Below, piece after piece: positions 60,527 to 64,000 of a stretch of 64,000 nucleotides of DNA; the stretch's first letter is position 1, and every line of letters begins with the position of its first letter. The notes beneath the pieces are model-generated. The model was not told the DNA's origin. It ran no database searches and worked only from the letters and a program-made list of their open reading frames with translations. The position numbers and the translations under genes were made by a program. The stretch lies in the NCBI GenBank assembly GCA_045531765.1, contig JAZSEQ010000054.1:29520-93519 (forward strand), given 5' to 3'. This stretch comes from Candidatus Cryptobacteroides sp. Lineage in GTDB: Bacteria; Bacteroidota; Bacteroidia; Bacteroidales; UBA932.

Positions 60527-60605
60527 ATCCATAAAAACAGCCCTTTTCGTGGATAAACCTCAACTTTTGATGGTTCCGTCCATGAAAACGGCCATTTTCG
60601 TGGAC
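60527..60605. repeat. Two 28-bp palindromes with 51-bp period
   Basis: ATCCATAAAAACAGCCCTTTTCGTGGAT (60527-60554) and GTCCATGAAAACGGCCATTTTCGTGGAC (60578-60605). Confidence 0.85.
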
Positions 60606-60642
60606 AGCAAACGATTTTGCACAGGTTCTATTGTGGATTTGG

Positions 60643-61081
60643 TGAGGGGTACAAATTGTACCCTGCACGGAAACTATGAAAAATTTCAACTGGTGACGAT
60701 CTGTCACCGGTTCACTTGATTTACTCCAGATATCTGACCCCTTTTCCATGAGCCTCGGCATATGCGATTTCTCCCTGAGTGCTCTCACCGATGTAGCCAC
60801 CGACGTTGATGACGAAGATTTCGTCGGCCATGTCGATCTTGCGTTTGTGCATGTCGTCGAGCATGGCTTTGGTGCCTTCAGTCCAGACCTCGTCGTCACC
60901 GCTGTGACCGAACAGGCCAACGGATATGACGATGTTTCCTTCAAGGGTCAATCGCTTCTGTGCTTCAAGATACTGCTCCTTGAACTTTGTACTGCCGCAG
61001 AGGGTTATTACTTTGTATTTGTCGACCATATTCTTATCTGTTTTGCTGAATGAGGGGGACAAATTGTCCCCCTCACGGAAA
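60643..61081. repeat. 31-bp palindromic direct repeats flanking a small gene, plus a third related palindrome
   Basis: TGAGGGGTACAAATTGTACCCTGCACGGAAA (60643-60673), TGAGGGGGACAAATTGTCCCCCTCACGGAAA (61051-61081), GGTGACGATCTGTCACC (60692-60708). Confidence 0.8.
60721..61029 (-). CDS. Small nucleoside 2-deoxyribosyltransferase-like (DUF4406-like) protein
   Basis: VITLCGS, KIDMADEIFVIN..GYIGEST..EI.YA...GK pattern; start at MVDKY. Confidence 0.65.
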   Translation of the reverse strand: MVDKYKVITLCGSTKFKEQYLEAQKRLTLEGNIVISVGLFGHSGDDEVWTEGTKAMLDDMHKRKIDMADEIFVINVGGYIGESTQGEIAYAEAHGKGVRYLE

Positions 61082-61291
61082 TCATGCAGAAATCTCTGCC
61101 AGGAAGTCATTCAAGACATACAGATTCCCCTGGAGATAAAGTCCGGTTTCCTCGTCGTGAAAGCTCCTGCAAGTCTCACTCTTGTAGAACATATCAAGAG
61201 CCTCCTTCAAAGAAACATTCAGAGTCTCGGAAATCTTCACAACAATGCAGCCGATGCGCTGTCTAAGAATTACATCGCTGACTTTTTTCAC
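61082..61291 (-). CDS. DUF3791-like small protein
   Basis: LNVSLKEALDMFYKSET....DEETGLYLQG..YV pattern; GTG start, possibly 5'-truncated. Confidence 0.65.
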   Translation of the reverse strand: MKKVSDVILRQRIGCIVVKISETLNVSLKEALDMFYKSETCRSFHDEETGLYLQGNLYVLNDFLAEISA

Positions 61292-61332
61292 TGTTCACCG
61301 CGCAATTACCGTATTAAATCTTACGGCACTGA

Positions 61333-63996
61333 TTATAATTGACTCACTCTTTCAATTAGTTGAGCCAATGTTAGTGCACTATCCACTTGCTTAGTATCAA
61401 AGACCATATAATATCTATACAATCCTCCAGCTGCTTTTGCCCACATCTGTCCCAGTTCAATTTTATTTTTACTATCAGAATTATCTCGGTCGTCACCTTT
61501 AGTCTCAATCAAAAGGATTTTCCCACTCTTCAATTTTACGATAAAATCCGGATAGTGATTTATGAACCCATTGATACCAAAACCAAGGCCTCTTTCCGCA
61601 TTTCGATGCCAATATTCTACATTCTCCAGATTTGCGATTTCGTTTATCACCCTTTCCTCAAAACCATTCATATCTCCTTCATCAAGATACAGTCCTTTCT
61701 TCACGCCTAAAATTTTAGATGAAACGGGCATAGTTTCTGGGAATCGATAATCTGCCTCACATACAATCTGATCAGTATCAAGCCAATCACAAAATATCTT
61801 CTTTTGATAAGTTGTTAAAATATCATTTAACTTATTCCTGAAGATTTTTGCATAGACTGGTTCATTTAAAAACATCTCGCTAATCTTCTCATTATCCAAA
61901 CCCTCAATAGCCTTCTTGACATATTCAACTATATGATGTTCCGGAATCTCATCAAGTCTTATCAGTCTGGCAATATTTAATGCGAGATTATTTCTCTTAC
62001 TCTCATCCGGCAGACTCTGAAATTGCTCCTGTATGTAAGTAAGTTGTTTAGCACTGATTTTAGACTTTTGAACCTCATAATCATCATTTCCCACCCTCTC
62101 AAGGTCTAGTTTTATAGCATCCGCTTCAGTTGGAACAAAATCAATCGTATGATCTTGCTTGCTTAAATCTATTCGTTCAAGAAGCATCTTCTTGTCGAGG
62201 GAGACTAAACTGCCTTCACCTTCAAATAGTGACGACACATTGATCTTTCTTTTAAATCGTGGCAAAGAAACACTCAACGCATCTTGTATAAAGATGTCCT
62301 TTATTACATTTTTCTTAACCATATCTCGTACCTCAGATGGCAAGCCTTTGCCCGAAAAACAGTCTTCGTCGGAGGCTTCAATTTGTTTGTTATATGATTC
62401 ACTTTCTTTCTGAGCAAATTCTTCAAGTTGAGTAGCAAATTCTTCAGCTTTTTCAGAATTTAACCCTTCTTTTACTTTCTCAACATCTATTTCATACCCT
62501 GAATTACATTCACCATTTTCTAACGGAGGATCCTGTAAGACATGATCTTGATTATCAAATAGTGTCGTATGGACAAAACCATTTACTGTGGCACTTGGAG
62601 ACATGCCCCACTCCTCTTTTTCATTTACCCTATAGTCTTTTCTACTGAATCCCGCATTGTTCAAGCTGCTGATTATGCGATTAAGAGTATCACTGAAATC
62701 CGCTGACGAAGTAAACACATAAGATAAGTTCAAAAGGTCATCTGTATGTTTCGTAGTATAAGGCAAGCGTAAAATCCTACCCAAAATCTGCTCAACAGAA
62801 ACTCTAGATGTTCTATTTGCCAACGAAGCTAAAACATAAGCGAAAGGACAATCCCAACCTTCTTTGAGGGCATCAACCGTAATGATGTAACGAACAGGGC
62901 AGTCTCGACTTAAGAGATTCATGTTCTTGATCTCATCCTTTTCTCCAGTCTTGATTTTTATCTGATCCTCCGGGATGCCGATCTCAATCAGATCTCTTTT
63001 AACTTTGTCATATGTAACATTTTCATCTCCTATTCTTGGCTGTGCCTGACACAAGACAATCGGTCTGATGTATTTTCCAGTTCTTTGCTCCTCTGCTATT
63101 GCTCTTGCTTCAAGACTTCTTTGAAGTTGCACGGCACTCACCAGGACATCATTTGTTGTTTTATGATTATAAACCACAACAGGCAATTTGACCATATTCG
63201 CCCTTTTTAATTTAATAGCATCCACGAAACTGATGATATTGCTACTTTGGCGAGGCGTTGCTGTTAAATTCAGAATACACTGAGGATTAATAGCTCGCAA
63301 AACTTCGACACGAAGATTTGCCTCAAAATTATGGCTTTCATCAACAACTACAACAGGGTTCAGGTATGACAACACTTGTATCAAAGATGTCTCATCGGCA
63401 CCTTCAATTTTGGAGGTAAGCGAGTCATAATACCTACTGTATTCCGCAAGATTTTCATTTTCCCTATATGACCTTCGTCCATCTTTATTGTTGGTCGCAA
63501 ATGATTGTACGCTCAACACAAAGATGGTAACCTGTTCCATAACACTTACGGGACTGATTCCATGCCCCATAAGAGCATCTTCTTTATCGACCACACATAC
63601 TTTACCGCCAAAAATGCTATCAAGTCTCTGACGATATGGGTGCTCTGGGTTTCTAAGATTCTTTAGTGTCTGTTTTAGAATAGTATCCGATGGGACGAAC
63701 CATGCAACTACCTTTGGTTTTCCTGTCGGATAATATTTGAACAACGGTTTAAGGGCATTGCAAGCGATAAATGTTTTTCCTCCTGCTGTAGGGACCTTGA
63801 CAGTTATATTGGGAACTCCTTTAACACTGTTATCATAACTGTGCAGAAAATGGTTCCCCTCAAGAGAATAAACATCCACTCCTCGATCTAACCAATAAGA
63901 AGCAAAAGCCTTATTCAAAGGCTCTCCTTCATGTATTATATCAAGGAAGCTGCTGAGGTCTTGTAATACCTCCTTTTGATAAGATTTTAACTCCAT
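61333..63996 (-). CDS. Type III restriction-modification Res subunit (SF2 helicase + PD-(D/E)xK nuclease)
   Basis: LKSYQ, VPTAGGKT, VVDESH, LTATP, LKEGWDCP, EQILGRILR, YPDFIV...IETKG. Confidence 0.9.
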   Translation of the reverse strand: MELKSYQKEVLQDLSSFLDIIHEGEPLNKAFASYWLDRGVDVYSLEGNHFLHSYDNSVKGVPNITVKVPTAGGKTFIACNALKPLFKYYPTGKPKVVAWFVPSDTILKQTLKNLRNPEHPYRQRLDSIFGGKVCVVDKEDALMGHGISPVSVMEQVTIFVLSVQSFATNNKDGRRSYRENENLAEYSRYYDSLTSKIEGADETSLIQVLSYLNPVVVVDESHNFEANLRVEVLRAINPQCILNLTATPRQSSNIISFVDAIKLKRANMVKLPVVVYNHKTTNDVLVSAVQLQRSLEARAIAEEQRTGKYIRPIVLCQAQPRIGDENVTYDKVKRDLIEIGIPEDQIKIKTGEKDEIKNMNLLSRDCPVRYIITVDALKEGWDCPFAYVLASLANRTSRVSVEQILGRILRLPYTTKHTDDLLNLSYVFTSSADFSDTLNRIISSLNNAGFSRKDYRVNEKEEWGMSPSATVNGFVHTTLFDNQDHVLQDPPLENGECNSGYEIDVEKVKEGLNSEKAEEFATQLEEFAQKESESYNKQIEASDEDCFSGKGLPSEVRDMVKKNVIKDIFIQDALSVSLPRFKRKINVSSLFEGEGSLVSLDKKMLLERIDLSKQDHTIDFVPTEADAIKLDLERVGNDDYEVQKSKISAKQLTYIQEQFQSLPDESKRNNLALNIARLIRLDEIPEHHIVEYVKKAIEGLDNEKISEMFLNEPVYAKIFRNKLNDILTTYQKKIFCDWLDTDQIVCEADYRFPETMPVSSKILGVKKGLYLDEGDMNGFEERVINEIANLENVEYWHRNAERGLGFGINGFINHYPDFIVKLKSGKILLIETKGDDRDNSDSKNKIELGQMWAKAAGGLYRYYMVFDTKQVDSALTLAQLIERVSQL

Positions 63997-64000
63997 ACTA

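Larger units (their letters stand above)
60411..64000. mobile_element. Edge of a probable genomic (defence) island integrated at tRNA-Leu
   Basis: Hairpin 60414-60450 and TTGCACCAC x2 directly after the tRNA, accessory genes, visibly AT-richer DNA from about 61.3 kb. No integrase in the window. Confidence 0.6.

Noticed and set aside
60369-60719. 116-aa plus-strand ORF starting inside the tRNA
   Set aside because: Overlaps the tRNA and runs through non-coding palindromes; its peptide repeats come from the 51-bp DNA period.
60666-61081. CACGGAAA in the island repeats matching half of the uxa operator
   Set aside because: Only an 8-bp half-site in an unrelated context; treated as coincidence.

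Overview
Chromosomal window from a Bacteroidales bacterium. The assignment is inferred from repeated TAnnTTTG -7 promoters and Bacteroidota-type LeuS, GyrA and SerS; the genus cannot be determined. Positions 1-60.4 kb are mostly core genes: a hexuronate catabolism cluster (kduD, kduI, uxaA, uxaB, uxaC) with two copies of a LacI-type operator, ettA, leuS, phoH, gyrA, a Clp ATPase, a fabH-fabK-fabF-fabZ operon that looks Firmicutes-like, lnt, ruvC, serS, rpsU-rplU-rpmA, prmA and an aroB / aroD-aroA fusion / aroC operon. tRNA-Leu(CAA) at 60326-60410 marks the edge of a probable integrated island with a type III restriction subunit and two small genes, each followed by a short palindrome in a cassette-like layout. 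The most unusual observations are: a 1.6-kb non-coding mosaic of several palindromic repeat families (6.75-8.33 kb); 28-bp palindrome pairs with a fixed 51-bp period at two distant sites; the palindrome-bounded mini-cassettes in the island; an apparently inactive M28 peptidase fused to a TonB C-terminal domain; an unannotated 40-aa ORF with its own promoter; and the AroD-AroA fusion. All calls are by eye from motifs; no database searches were run.
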